64,000 nt of DNA from Alloascoidea hylecoeti (Eukaryota): NCBI GenBank assembly GCA_001600815.1, contig BCKZ01000004.1:1-64000 (forward strand), written 5' to 3'. The position numbers and the translations under genes were made by a program. Positions 13,101 through 24,139 of the stretch are shown here, one piece after another. Numbering within the stretch: position 1 is the stretch's first letter; the number at the start of each line of letters is the position of its first letter. The notes beneath the pieces are model-generated. The model worked only from the letters and a program-made list of their open reading frames with translations, had not been told where the DNA came from and did no database searches.

Positions 13101-16100
13101 AAATTATTGAAAATAAAAACCCAATATCAAGAGCATCATATTGTTTTACTTTAAGTAGTATACTTAAAAATTTAGGAAGTTTAGCAGCTGTATTACATTT
13201 AAAAACAATTTATAATGTTTTAACTTCATTATCAAAAGATCCACATCCTTTAGTTCATTCATGGGCATTAATTTCTTTAGCACAAGTAATGGAATCAGCA
13301 GGTTTAACTTTTATTAATCTTGTTCCTGAAACTTTAAAATTATTAATTGATTTATTATTATTAAATTCTCATCATGAATTTGTAAGTTCAAGAGCATCAT
13401 CTAATTTATCAATTGAAAATTCTTCAAAAATGAATATATCTCGTGGTATACATGCAATTATTAATATATTAGGTCCAACAAATATTAATATAGATGAAAA
13501 TAAAAATAAAACTCCTTCAACAATTTTAATTATAAATTTATTAAGAGTTCAAAAAATTACAATAATTAAATCTGAAGTTTTTAAAAGTATACAAGAATTA
13601 ATGATTTTTGCTCCTGGTTTATTATCAATAAATGAATATACTTTTGATTTAATGAATTTTTTAAAAATTAATATTGATAATAATAATGAGAAAAATTATA
13701 ATGATTATGAAGGTGGTATATTACCATTAAGAGATGTTGCAATTTCTGGTCTTTTAGGTTTAATTAAATCTCAAAAAGCTGTTAGTAGTCCTGAAATTCA
13801 TAAATATTTATGGCTTGCATTTGATTCAACTTTTAATGATTCAAATTTAAGATCATGTATTGAATGTCTTATGATTGAAACAGCTGGTTCTCATGCTGCA
13901 TTATGGTTAAAAAGATGTCAAATTCTTTTCACTGTAACACGTAATAAACTTGAAGGTAAAGATATAAGTAAATCAGGAAATGGTAGAGAAGAAGATTTAA
14001 GTCTTGCAGATGATGAAGTTGCATCAATGGCAACTGGTGATAATTCTGATTTAAATAATAATGATTCTGAACCGTTAAAATGGCAAACAAAAGTTTTCGT
14101 TTTACAATTATTAAGAAAATTATTACAAATTTCTTTAGCTCATAAATCAAAACAAGAAAAATTAGAATCAACTATTGTTTATAAAGTTGGTGATGTTGTT
14201 AGATTAGCTTTTACTGCTTCAACATCTGCAGTTGTTGAGTTACGTTTAATGGGTGTTCGATTACTTTCTGATGTAATTGAATTATTTGGAGATATGAAAG
14301 ATCCTGAATTTACTGAAGTTTCTTTACTTGAACAATATCAAGCACAAATTGGTTCAGCATTAACCCCTGCTTTTGCAAATGATAGTAGTCCGGAATTAGC
14401 ATCCGAAGCAATTAATGTTTGTGCTAAATTTATTGGTAGCGGAGTTGTGCAATCAGTTCATAGAATGGGACGTATTTTAAAGATTCTTACTTCTGCTCTT
14501 GAATCATCAAGTGGTAAACATCATATTCAAAATAATTTAGAACATAATATGATTGGTGATAACGGTGAAAATTCTACTGGTATAATGGTAGGTGATTTAA
14601 ATCCATTAAGTCCAAATGCACAAATAATGTTAAAATTGGCAATTTTAAGTGCTTGGGCTCATTTACAAACAGCAACAACATCACAAAGTTATTTAACTGA
14701 TGTTGTAAAACCGTATATTACAATTCTTGTACCAATGTGGTTGAAAGCATTAAGAGAATTTGCACAATTAAGATATGAACCTGAAGAATCAAGTGGTCTT
14801 GGTGGCACAGGTACTGCAATTGGTTCGTTAGATCATGTGTATTCATCATTATTAAGAATCGGAGTTATTAAATTTTATGAACAATCTTGGTTACAATTCG
14901 TTGATGCAATTGCTTCGTTAATTGAAGATGATGGTAATATGATATTTGAAATTGTTGATTCATCAAATTCAAAATCTGGTTCAAATTTAAATCTTAGTAG
15001 TAAAAATGATAATGATAAAGCTAATGAAGAAGATGATGATGATGGAATTAATTATGGTGAAGAAACAGTTGCATTTTTCTTTGTTTTATTTGGTATTTGT
15101 TTTGAAGCATTAATTAAACCAATTAGGTCATCAGATGCTAATTCTTCAATACTTGATTCAAATAATCCTTCAGATGAAGTTTTACGTACACTTCGAGTTG
15201 TTAAAAAGATATTCCATCCTCAAATTTGTGGTGATATATTATATAAAGATGCAATTTTTGCAGAATTAATTGATTTATTTGATAGATTAGTTCTAACACA
15301 TGGTTTGGAAATTCAAACAGAGGTTGCAGAGATTGCACGAGCATTATGTTTAAATATTGGAGATGATAAATTACACAAGGAATTAACAGAAGATGTGAAT
15401 AAATCATTTGAATTATTCCGAATTGTTATATCATGTATTTCATCAGTTCTTACAGAAATTCATGGATCAAATTTTTCTAGTAGATCACATTCAATGTCAC
15501 AATCAAGATTTGATTTGAAAAATGCTGCAACTATTAATTTTATTAAAGTTTGTTTCAATTGTTTAGCAGATATGATAGTAAGTTTTCCGGATGTCATTGC
15601 TATTGATTTATACAGTTGTACATTTAATATGTTTGCGCAAATTTTTGAAATTGGTACTTATAGGGAAGGTGTTGCACCAGCGATTTTCATGTCGTTAAAG
15701 AAATCAATTGTTGGATTGGTTGAACTGGCTATGAAATCTGGTATTGATTCCAGTATTGGCGAATCGGCTTCTAGAATCATTAATATTTTTTTCCGACAGG
15801 TTATATTGAATCTTGAAAAGCATGAACTCAAGAATAATGATAATGAAAATGAAAATGCATCCTTGAAAAACACATTATTAGTATCAGTTGTGGTTATTAC
15901 TACAGCAGGAGATATTCTTCAACTCAAGAAACAAGAAATTTCTAATTTTGTTGGACCTCTCATGCATTGTCTTTTCATTCCGGATTGTTTCATCACAACC
16001 GCTCAATGTTTAAAAACGTTACTGGTATTTTCCTCCAACAAAAATATAAAATTGGGACAGGAAATTGCATCACAATTGATTCCGGTTTTGGTGGGATTTA

Positions 16101-16468
16101 TTTCATCTAATTCTAATGAGGATAATAGTATTGAAAATAATAAGATTCGCAAAACAGTTATTGAAATGATTACGATTTTCACAAAAAGTTTTTCAGATAA
16201 AGATGATATAAAGTCTGCATTATCAATAACAATCCCTGTGATAATTTATTACTGGGTTACAAGTGGAGAGACGAAAGAAGAAGAAGAGTACATTCGGTTA
16301 AAGATGAATGAGTTGGCAGCGGTGGATGGAGAGTCATTCCGAGATATTGTTAAGGATGGTCTAAGTGTTCGCCAACGAAACGAATTGGAGAAGATCGTAA
16401 AGAGCGGAGGCAGTAAAACTACGGTGGAGTATCATGAGCCTCAGATACAGTTGAAGATGTTTAATTAA
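10115..16468 (+). CDS. LAA1: HEATR5/Laa1-family AP-1 accessory HEAT-repeat protein
   Basis: 2117-aa HEAT-like ORF with DPHPLVHSWAL, DPEFTEVSLLEQYQAQIGSALTPAF and C-terminal PQIQLKMF. Confidence 0.85.
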   Translation: MTDYNEKALWVTQLCSTSPSKLDSSEIIKLGSFFADSDPDVPQSIIDNACEAYYLFFTLKNDSQMAYDAANIHIGIINSKKGCKKASVLCLNSIFKAVGSSIMSLAPLAIISLNKSYKSSDSDAGLNASIVKTCSTIINKSGKTIADSSFKSLWKMAKSSSLDKSVIISCSGFDLLKEIISTSYHFKIYSDLEAVKLLILKGLASNYSIVREHASKCFAKALILSIDTTSTEIINNPEDDSKATSTSNSTTTNTSNSTINKTKPKKKSNNSPLDLSLHDAFELLTNLYIKSSIDSTDSLNIRSGIVETFIEFLFLIDSPQIIEQNYLKILNSWCFVLSQSNLNLSSSSSSSSSNSYSILKAREHLNLINNIIFKQLFGEFGRLSAIKLIITNLINVTNTTVSTSSETLIAYLSSMSNLIKLLGSAISEVQDQIKSVFVQLLSNSSQQVQINTCACLKVFVLAMPAQIIPLMTICLNSVNRELHALKSSKSNTNNNTADSTLGFAYALATLTSISPLKRNYTSLDITTRILSIATSILKSSTNTSSFEKNLNLSIFKQIRIAWILLTGLMNLGPDFMKIHLSQMLLFWRSAVSRQSTKDDNCNIITLSYLLDIRYSALTCILSFIKSNERLITNDVSKRLGVIFQNATGFINGIPPDLDLKQKEEKNNRKNEIYWSFKQYTLMIKKRTLQCYLKMSNISSAQDIFHANVLVSTVVNFADPTQFTKFLTSNITTNSSSSAITPSSSSSSSPTDSPFIGDNLSFGVTSYYRINCTNRDLIFPMVSFHDLLDYILKKPISGALEYDSGEIYSSPMLNINNNFNLSNLSNENTSYNSTFNYYYENNLLNLPLSPETEIVDLSIELFGSLFHKQTPKVQESTLEQMESYLGTSSSSSLSRNNTNNSTGSNHNGSSINSTTALDHRKLAVRINSILALHNALKINSGVELNPRVLNALTLSLRKSLQNQELFISLTAARSIGLACSIGGSTFISTQLKFIIDQIIENKNPISRASYCFTLSSILKNLGSLAAVLHLKTIYNVLTSLSKDPHPLVHSWALISLAQVMESAGLTFINLVPETLKLLIDLLLLNSHHEFVSSRASSNLSIENSSKMNISRGIHAIINILGPTNINIDENKNKTPSTILIINLLRVQKITIIKSEVFKSIQELMIFAPGLLSINEYTFDLMNFLKINIDNNNEKNYNDYEGGILPLRDVAISGLLGLIKSQKAVSSPEIHKYLWLAFDSTFNDSNLRSCIECLMIETAGSHAALWLKRCQILFTVTRNKLEGKDISKSGNGREEDLSLADDEVASMATGDNSDLNNNDSEPLKWQTKVFVLQLLRKLLQISLAHKSKQEKLESTIVYKVGDVVRLAFTASTSAVVELRLMGVRLLSDVIELFGDMKDPEFTEVSLLEQYQAQIGSALTPAFANDSSPELASEAINVCAKFIGSGVVQSVHRMGRILKILTSALESSSGKHHIQNNLEHNMIGDNGENSTGIMVGDLNPLSPNAQIMLKLAILSAWAHLQTATTSQSYLTDVVKPYITILVPMWLKALREFAQLRYEPEESSGLGGTGTAIGSLDHVYSSLLRIGVIKFYEQSWLQFVDAIASLIEDDGNMIFEIVDSSNSKSGSNLNLSSKNDNDKANEEDDDDGINYGEETVAFFFVLFGICFEALIKPIRSSDANSSILDSNNPSDEVLRTLRVVKKIFHPQICGDILYKDAIFAELIDLFDRLVLTHGLEIQTEVAEIARALCLNIGDDKLHKELTEDVNKSFELFRIVISCISSVLTEIHGSNFSSRSHSMSQSRFDLKNAATINFIKVCFNCLADMIVSFPDVIAIDLYSCTFNMFAQIFEIGTYREGVAPAIFMSLKKSIVGLVELAMKSGIDSSIGESASRIINIFFRQVILNLEKHELKNNDNENENASLKNTLLVSVVVITTAGDILQLKKQEISNFVGPLMHCLFIPDCFITTAQCLKTLLVFSSNKNIKLGQEIASQLIPVLVGFISSNSNEDNSIENNKIRKTVIEMITIFTKSFSDKDDIKSALSITIPVIIYYWVTSGETKEEEEYIRLKMNELAAVDGESFRDIVKDGLSVRQRNELEKIVKSGGSKTTVEYHEPQIQLKMFN

Positions 16469-16586
16469 TTAATAGAATATTACATAACCTATGCTTAGCT
16501 CTAATATGACACAACCGTGCACCCATTCATATGATACCATTCCAAACCTCCTTAGCTTCTTTCCATTCCCTTTACAGGATTGATTC

Positions 16587-17351
16587 ATGAGAGGTATGTT
16601 TTGTTATGCTTGAATTTATTATGTTTCTGGCTAACAGTTTCTTCACACAGACTATAAATTGGTAGTACTTGGTGCTGGTGGTGTAGGCAAGTCCTCACTA
16701 ACCGTGCAGTTCGTCCAGGGCGTATACATCGAAGCATATGATCCAACCATCGAAGATTCCTACAGAAAGCCTGTTGAGATAGACGGAAGACTATGTGATT
16801 TGGAAATCCTTGACACCGCAGGGGTTGCACAATTTACAGCTATGAGAGAACTCTACATCAAAAGTGGTAAAGGGTTTCTCCTGGTGTATAGTGTTACTGA
16901 TGAATCTTCTTTACGTGAGCTTAATGAACTACGAAATCAAGTCATTCGAATAAAAGACTCAACAGATGTCCCTATGGTGCTTGTCGGAAATAAATGTGAT
17001 TTGGTTAATGAGCGTGTTTTATCACCTGAAGATGGAATTGAGGTTTCTCAAAATTGGGGGAAGGTGCCTTTTTATGAAACAAGTGCTATGTACAGAACCA
17101 ATGTGGAGGAGGCGTTCATTGATGTTGTCAGGCAAATAATGAGAAGAGACTCGGCTATAGCCTCCCCAGCCGCTGCCATGTCTCCTCCTCAAGGATCGAC
17201 CACAAATGGATCAGCACCTTTAAACGGATCATCTCCTGGAAAAATTACAGGCCAGCCTAATTCACATGTACAACAGAAATCTACTAGTGGAAAGAGAAAA
17301 ACCACTGGACAAAAGAAGAAGAAGAAGAGCAAAGGATGTATTTTGATGTAA
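16587..17351 (+). CDS. RSR1: Ras-family GTPase Rsr1/Bud1; exons 16587-16593, 16651-17351
   Basis: Spliced [50 protein letters not shown], polybasic tail plus CILM CaaX box. Confidence 0.93.
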
Positions 17352-17761
17352 ATATCATCCCTTATCTTTTTAATAATTAATACTTTAGCCTAAATCCTTA
17401 TTTTTGTCTACTTTTATATTTCGATTGTGTTATTTTTTTAAATTTTTTTTTTTTTTTCTTTCTTCTTTTTATTTTTTGTACTACATGTATGTGTCGGTGA
17501 TTTGATTTGATTTGATTTGATTTAATCTGCCTACTAATAATTAAGTTTGATGTATTGATTTTGTTAAAGTTATAATATTGATCTATTTTATTTGCAATGC
17601 TAATTGTATTTCTTACTGGAAATTTCACTGAGGTTTAGTGCTAATTACAATAAGGAAGGAGAAAACCTTAACCCCTTAATAACTATATTTGAACCATAAA
17701 AATATATCAGAACACATGGTACTAACTTAATTCTTTTTTTTTTTCTCTAATGTTATGTATC

Positions 17762-18472
17762 CTACGTGTTGGTAATAATATTTCTTTTTCTGGCAGCATC
17801 AATGAACTCCCGTATTTTATCTGCATCTTTTTTACCACTTGTTTCAACGCCTCCAGAAACATCAACACCAATGACCCCTTCCACTTGAACAGCAGATGAT
17901 ACGTTATCTGGGTTCAATCCTCCAGCTAAAATATACTTCCCTTTGGCTGAATCTATACCCAACTTATTCCAATCTAGTAATTTTCCTTCACCACCTACTT
18001 CTCCATCTATTAATGGTAATGCATGTAAACCTGTTTGAACTGATTCTTTAAAATCATCAGCTTTGGGAACAAATCTTGCGATTACAGGAACAGGTATCTG
18101 GGGAATATATTGAGAACGATCCTCTGAACCATGGAGTTGGACATAGTCTAAAGGAATCGATTGACAGTATTCAAGTATAGTAGATAATGGTTGGTTTCTG
18201 AAAACTCCTACAAGAAATGGACCTTCCTGCTTAATTCTATTAATGTGTAGATCAAACCAGTCTTTTTCTTTGGTTTCGGTACTTGTAGAAGCTCTAGAAT
18301 CTCGAGCTTCTCGTACTTTGACAGATATCTGTTTTGCGATGTCTAAATCCACCGTTCTTTGCCTGTTTGGGACCATTATCATCCCCAGTAAATCTGCACC
18401 TGACTCGATTGCTACCTCTGCCGCATCAACAGTAGTTAAGCCACATATTTTCACGATGGGGTCGATTGGCAT
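17762..18472 (-). CDS. TRP1: Phosphoribosylanthranilate isomerase
   Basis: VKICGL, VQLHGSE, ILAGGLNPDNV, GVDVSGGVET. Likely start MPIDPIVK at 18472. Confidence 0.95.
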   Translation of the reverse strand: MPIDPIVKICGLTTVDAAEVAIESGADLLGMIMVPNRQRTVDLDIAKQISVKVREARDSRASTSTETKEKDWFDLHINRIKQEGPFLVGVFRNQPLSTILEYCQSIPLDYVQLHGSEDRSQYIPQIPVPVIARFVPKADDFKESVQTGLHALPLIDGEVGGEGKLLDWNKLGIDSAKGKYILAGGLNPDNVSSAVQVEGVIGVDVSGGVETSGKKDADKIREFIDAARKRNIITNT

Positions 18473-18525
18473 TTTTCTTTCCGTTGAAGTGTAGCAATTT
18501 TTTGGTTTTGGTGTTTGTGGCAAAT

Positions 18526-18533
18526 CCGGGTAA
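18526..18533 (+). promoter_or_regulatory. Reb1-type site in the 123-bp divergent promoter
   Basis: CCGGGTAA centred between the TRP1 and NLR start codons. Confidence 0.45.
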
Positions 18534-18595
18534 ATTACGATAAGGGCTTGCTCTCTTATCCTGTGCATTAATACTTCTTTTATACCACACAAAAA

Positions 18596-21500
18596 ATGTT
18601 CCCCAAGCAAAGCAAAATAAGCCTGGGTTTGCCTGGATTTGGACTAGAGGATGCCCTGGCAAGGGTGGCGAAGATATTGTCAGATATTTATACAGTTCAG
18701 GATGAATCAACTACCCATAACTTTTATAGATTTCTAAATATTAGTGGTCGTTTTGAGGAGTGGATTCAAAGACTGATTATAAACACATCCAGTGACCAAA
18801 ATGATGATGATGATGATGGTGATAATAAGCATGACAATAATGAGAAGTTTGTTATTATTGACGATAACTGGAACTGGTCATTATCAAAAATCCTCAATAA
18901 TGCTCTTAAAATAAATATAATTAATAAAGATTTAAATAGTCTTACGAAAAAATTCCAACAAAATTGGTTTACTTTTACTCATTCTTTACTTGGTCCTGCA
19001 GGCATTAATTCTCAAATATTAATTACAGCTGAAAATAATGATGATGATTTTATTTCTGTAAACTTTAAAGAAATATGTTTAGAAGAATTAGATTCTGATG
19101 AATTAAATTCTTGGTGTTTCCTACAAGTACAAGAATTAAGTCAGTTTAAAAAAGCGTTAGGTAATAAAATATCCTGGGATTATTTAAAAGGAAAAAATGC
19201 ATCTTTAATGCTTGATGAGTTAGAATCTGATTTAGATGGGCTATATGAAGGCACAAAAGGAATGAAGAGTAAGTTATATCATATTTTCTTTCTTTTTAAA
19301 TTTCTTTCTTACTAACCTATTATAGTAATAACACATCCCATATTTGATGAAACCGATTCTATGGTATGGTTCCCTAAACTAGACCCTATATTTTGTGGTC
19401 GTAAAGATGAACTATTCCTAGTAGAGAATAGTTTAAACAATGAAAATGGGAAAAACTCTTGTCTGCTATATGGAATGGGTGGTATAGGTAAATCATCTAT
19501 AGCTTTGGAATATGTTCAACAACATGAATCAGATTATGACTATATCTTTTTCATAGATGCTAATCATCAGGAAGACAGTTGTAAAAATGCACTACAAATG
19601 ATTGTGAATCAATATTGTTTTAATAAACCTTATGGTTACACTGAATTAACACATTATCAAACTGGTATTGAATTTTTATTAAGTGTTAAACTAAATGATT
19701 CATTTAAAATTAAAACAATATCTGCTGAAACTGCATCATTAGCTTTATTATCATGGACTGAAAAACAACATCATATAAAATGTCTTTTCGTTGTTGAAAA
19801 TGTTGATTGGAATCAAGAATCTCATTCTAATTTATGTATTTCATTAACAAAAAATCATGATCAACATGTTTTATTTACCAGTAAAAGTATGAATATTCCT
19901 GAAAATTTAGATACAACAATGATTAAAATTATTGAAGTTGATGAAAAAACAGGTATTAAAATTTTATTTGAAAGATCTGATAGAATAATACCTTTTAAAG
20001 ATGATGATATTGAATTAATATCAGCTAAAAATATAGTAAATCAAGTTAAAGGATGCCCATTAGTATTACAATTAATTGGTATTGAAATTCAAAAGGATGC
20101 AATTGCTTTTAGTGATTATTATAAAAAATTAAAAAAGAATTTTTATAAAGAATTAAATCAATTAAGTTTACATCTAACATTATTAGGTTTCAATCTATCA
20201 ACAATTTCACAAATTTTTAATTATTCATTTGATGATGTTGATGAAATTGATCCAATAACTAAATTATTTTTAAATATTTGTGGATATCTTGATAAAGATA
20301 ATATTCCAATTGATTTATTTGAAAAATCACAAGATATGTTTACATCAAAAGATTTAAAAAAAATTATAACAACATTAAAAAATGATTCAATGATTCAATT
20401 ATCAAAAAATAATGAAGAAAAAAAAGAATTTTCATTTCATCCTTTAATTCATTATAGTATAAAATCATCATTGGAAATTAGTCAAAGTGCTATTACAACA
20501 GTTTTACAATTTTGGATATCTGTATTATCAAATATTAATCATGATAATGATCAAGATTGGGTATTTTGTAAAAAAATTTGTAAACATATAATTGAATCAG
20601 AAACGATTTTATTACCAAGATTATTTCAATCACCAATAAGTTCAAATTTATTAAATTCAATTGCAATATGTTATACAACAAATCATAATTATCATTTAAA
20701 AGCAGAAAAATTATTTAAATCAATTTTAAATCAACAAAAGAAAGAATTAGGAAAAGATTCACTTGAGACAATAACAACATTACATAATATTGGAGTTTTT
20801 TATAAATCACAAGGAAAATTTGGGGAAGCTTTGGATACTTTTGATACAGTTTTAGGATTTCGTAAAAGAAAACTAGGATTAGAAAACCTTGATACATTAT
20901 CAACATTATTTGAAATTGCACAAGTTTTTGATTCACAAGAACAATATGAAAAATCGTTAAATTATTACAGAGATGTATTAACATTACAAGAAAAAGTAGT
21001 TGGTATTGACAATATTGATTGTCAAAATACAATTAGAAAAATTGGAGGTGTATTATTAGGACAAGAAAAATATGATGAAGCTTTAAAAACATTAAATTCT
21101 GTTTATTCATGGCAATTAAATCATTTTGGTAGTGAAGATTTGCATACTATGAAAGTTAAGCATGATATTGCAAGAGTTTTGGATGGTCAAGGAAAACATA
21201 AAGAAGCAATTAGGATTTATAATGAAGTTTTGGAATTTCAAAAAAAGAATCTTTCAATTAATCATCCAGATACAATATCAACAATGCATAACTTAGCTTT
21301 AGCATATGATAATGAAGATGAATATGAACAAGCTTTATCAATATACACAGAAGTTTTAGATTTGGAAGAAACCAATCTTGGATCCGAGAACCCTGATACC
21401 ATGAACACATTGTACAATATTGGTATTTTACATGATAATAATGAAGTATATGATAAAGCATTGGAAGTTTATTCTAATGTATTGGAATTAAGGAAAAAAG

Positions 21501-22828
21501 CCTTGGGGATGCATCATCCAGATACTAGAACTACGATGAATCTTATTGCAAGTGTTCATGATACACTAGAAGAATATGATAAAGCATTCAGTATGTATAG
21601 TGAAGTTTTCAATTGGGAAGAAGCCAATTTCGGCCTACGGGACCCAAATACTTTGGAAACAATGAATCAATTGGCACAGGTTTTGGATCATAAGGGTGAA
21701 GATGACAAAGCATTATTATGGTATGATAAAGTACTTGATTTACAAGAGCGGAATCTAGGCCTAGAACATCCCGAAACTATGAATACTATTTATAACATTG
21801 CATCTATTTTGGATGGTGCTGGTCGATATGCACAAGCGTTGGAAATGTATCTTCGGGTTTTGGTCTGGGAGAGTTTGAAATACGGAGCCAATCATCCCGA
21901 TACTCTGGTCACTTCTTATAACATTGCCCAAGTTTACCAGCATTTGGATCGATTCGACGATGCCATCGATGCATACGAATCCGTTTTAGAATCGCAAATA
22001 ACTCTATATGGGAAAGATGATCTAAGAAGTGTCAAGACGGTCAATCAACTTGCAAAACTTTATGAAAAGAAACAAGATTATAACAAATCAATTGATTTAT
22101 TTCAAACTGTTTTGGATTCACAAGTCCAAAAATTGCCAAGTTGTGACCCTGAAATTTTATCAACTTTGAAGAAATTGGCACATTTATACAATTACCAGAA
22201 TGAAGATAATAAAGCGATTGAATGTTACAGACAAATTTACGAAATGGAAAAAAATAAATTTGGTTTTATTGGTATAAATACATTGACAACATATTTTAGT
22301 ATTGGAAAAATGTTGGATTTGCAGTTAAATCGAACTGAGGCAATTAAAATTGATGAAAAAATTTTAGAAACCTATCAAAAAACAAATAATTTACCAACAG
22401 ATTTTCGAGTTGAAGTAATGGAACACATGGGTCATATGCTTGAAAAGGAAAAAAAGCCAAGACAAGCGCTAAAACAATTTAAACAAGTTTGTACATTATA
22501 CAAAGATAAATTGGATCTTGAATACGATGAAAATTTATCAGCAAAATTAATGAGATCTTATAAACATGTTTTGAAAGTACAAAGAAGAGATTTAGGATTT
22601 CTTGATTTGGAAAGTTTTACAACTATGAATGAGATTGCAGAACTTTATAAACGTCAAGGGAATTTTAGAAAAGCTGTAAAATGGTATAAAGAATTGTACA
22701 ATTTGCAAAAGAAATCATTAGGAATGGAACATCCTTTAACTTTTATAACAGAACAAAGTATTAAGGATAGTTCGAGGAAATGTAGCAGATTTGATAATAT
22801 CAGTACGATTTCAAGTGCGGCTATATGA
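18596..22828 (+). CDS. NLR-like STAND protein: HeLo-like N-terminus + NB-ARC + ~16 TPRs (1391 aa); exons 18596-19268, 19326-22828
   Basis: A GTAAGT..TACTAAC..TAG intron (19269-19325) joins the two ORFs in frame. Motifs: FCGRKDEL, P-loop GMGGIGKS, Walker-B-like FVVENVD, GCPL, FHPLIH, and 42-aa kinesin-light-chain-type TPRs (LG..HPDT..TM.NLA). Confidence 0.88.
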
Positions 22829-23137
22829 TTTGTTAATTTATATTATGTTTTATTTTATTTATTTTTACATTTTTTATTTGGAATTGTGTAGAAAAGTTTA
22901 ATTAAGTTTTGGGAAAGAAATATTTATTATTTATTTAAATGAATTGTATACGTATATTTTAAAAACTAATTTATCATAAAATTTGTTGTGTAAGTAAAAA
23001 ATAATTTCCAGTAGATTTATATTTATAGTAATTGCATATTATCAATTTTTATCCCCATTTATCCAGTGCCATGGAAATGAATGTGAGTATATTTATTTAG
23101 CTATTCATGCAAGCAAAACTTTAATTTATGTTAGAAT

Positions 23138-24007
23138 TTACTCTGTTAATAATGGAGCTTGTTCGGCAGATGAAGAAGAATTGGCTTCGATATCATTTCT
23201 AGTCTTTTTAAGGACATTAAAAGCAGCCGCAAGAGAGAAAAGAGCCAACAACCCAGAAATGACAAAGGCAAAGATCCATTGTAGAGCAATAACTTTATAA
23301 GAGAGTTGCCCCCAACCCAAAGCAAACATAAGTACAGATGTAGAAAATCCAACTGCCCAATCATTGTGGATCACAAGGAATAAACCAGGAACAATAAGGA
23401 AATCCCATATGAAGACATTTGCAGTAATTCTTGCAGCCAAGCCTGTACCGGCGTGAATCATGAGAGCACCATTCCAGAAGATTAAATAAAACAACCAGGA
23501 AAGAGGCATTGCAGCTGTTGGAAGGTGGATAAGGACCCAACGACTCAATGGTTTAATAGAATAAGTTTTTTGAGTCAAGTAAAGAATTATAATGTTGAAG
23601 AAGTTGAATATAACAAACAATTCCGAAATGATGAAATGACCGCGAGCGGAAAAGAAAGACCAAAAAAAGCTAAGGATATTAAACAAAGTGAAGTGCCATC
23701 CAACAGTTGTTTGAACATTGATTGTGGAAGAAGTAACAGACTCGATTGAAAAACTTGGCAAGTAGGAGCTAGTTTCAGGGAGATAAAACTGGAGGATAAA
23801 AGCAATTTGCAGAATGTAGAGGGCAATCCAGTAGATGTAGATGAAGAAGACACTTGGGGAATATGGTGTGTAGCCTATTCTTAAGGGGGTGTCGTCACCA
23901 AATGGCGAATGTGTGCCAATTGTGTAACGGAAGGTCCCATAAATGGACAGGAGAAGAGACAGAACGGCACTGACTTTGCTAGTTAGGACGGAATTCGTAT
24001 GAGCCAT
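23138..24007 (-). CDS. Fungal multi-pass membrane protein (DUF1774-like)
   Basis: About 8 hydrophobic segments, VGWHFTLFN, WLFYLIFWNGA, ALQWIFAF, C-terminal EQAPLL. First ATG at 24007. Confidence 0.7.
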   Translation of the reverse strand: MAHTNSVLTSKVSAVLSLLLSIYGTFRYTIGTHSPFGDDTPLRIGYTPYSPSVFFIYIYWIALYILQIAFILQFYLPETSSYLPSFSIESVTSSTINVQTTVGWHFTLFNILSFFWSFFSARGHFIISELFVIFNFFNIIILYLTQKTYSIKPLSRWVLIHLPTAAMPLSWLFYLIFWNGALMIHAGTGLAARITANVFIWDFLIVPGLFLVIHNDWAVGFSTSVLMFALGWGQLSYKVIALQWIFAFVISGLLALFSLAAAFNVLKKTRNDIEANSSSSAEQAPLLTE

Positions 24008-24139
24008 TGCAATGTTAATATATTGCAATTGAGAATTAATATATTGTAAAGAGAAAAGAGGAAGAGCAACCTGGGAAAATGGGTCTATTTATACAAATTT
24101 AATATTTATAATTATGATTGCTACTAATAAAGTTCATTG

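Noticed and set aside
18425..18441. 17-nt match to 5S rRNA (ATCAACAGTAGTTAAGC) inside TRP1
   Set aside because: It encodes the conserved GLTTVD segment on the minus strand and has no flanking 5S similarity; coincidence.
18473..18610. Apparent overlap of the TRP1 ORF with the NLR ORF
   Set aside because: Artefact of a TTG start; TRP1 homology begins at the ATG at 18472.
22829..24007. Search for an amyloid-signalling partner gene next to the NLR
   Set aside because: The neighbours are TRP1 and a DUF1774-like membrane protein. No HET-s, PP or sigma-like motif was seen, and the effector domain is fused in cis.
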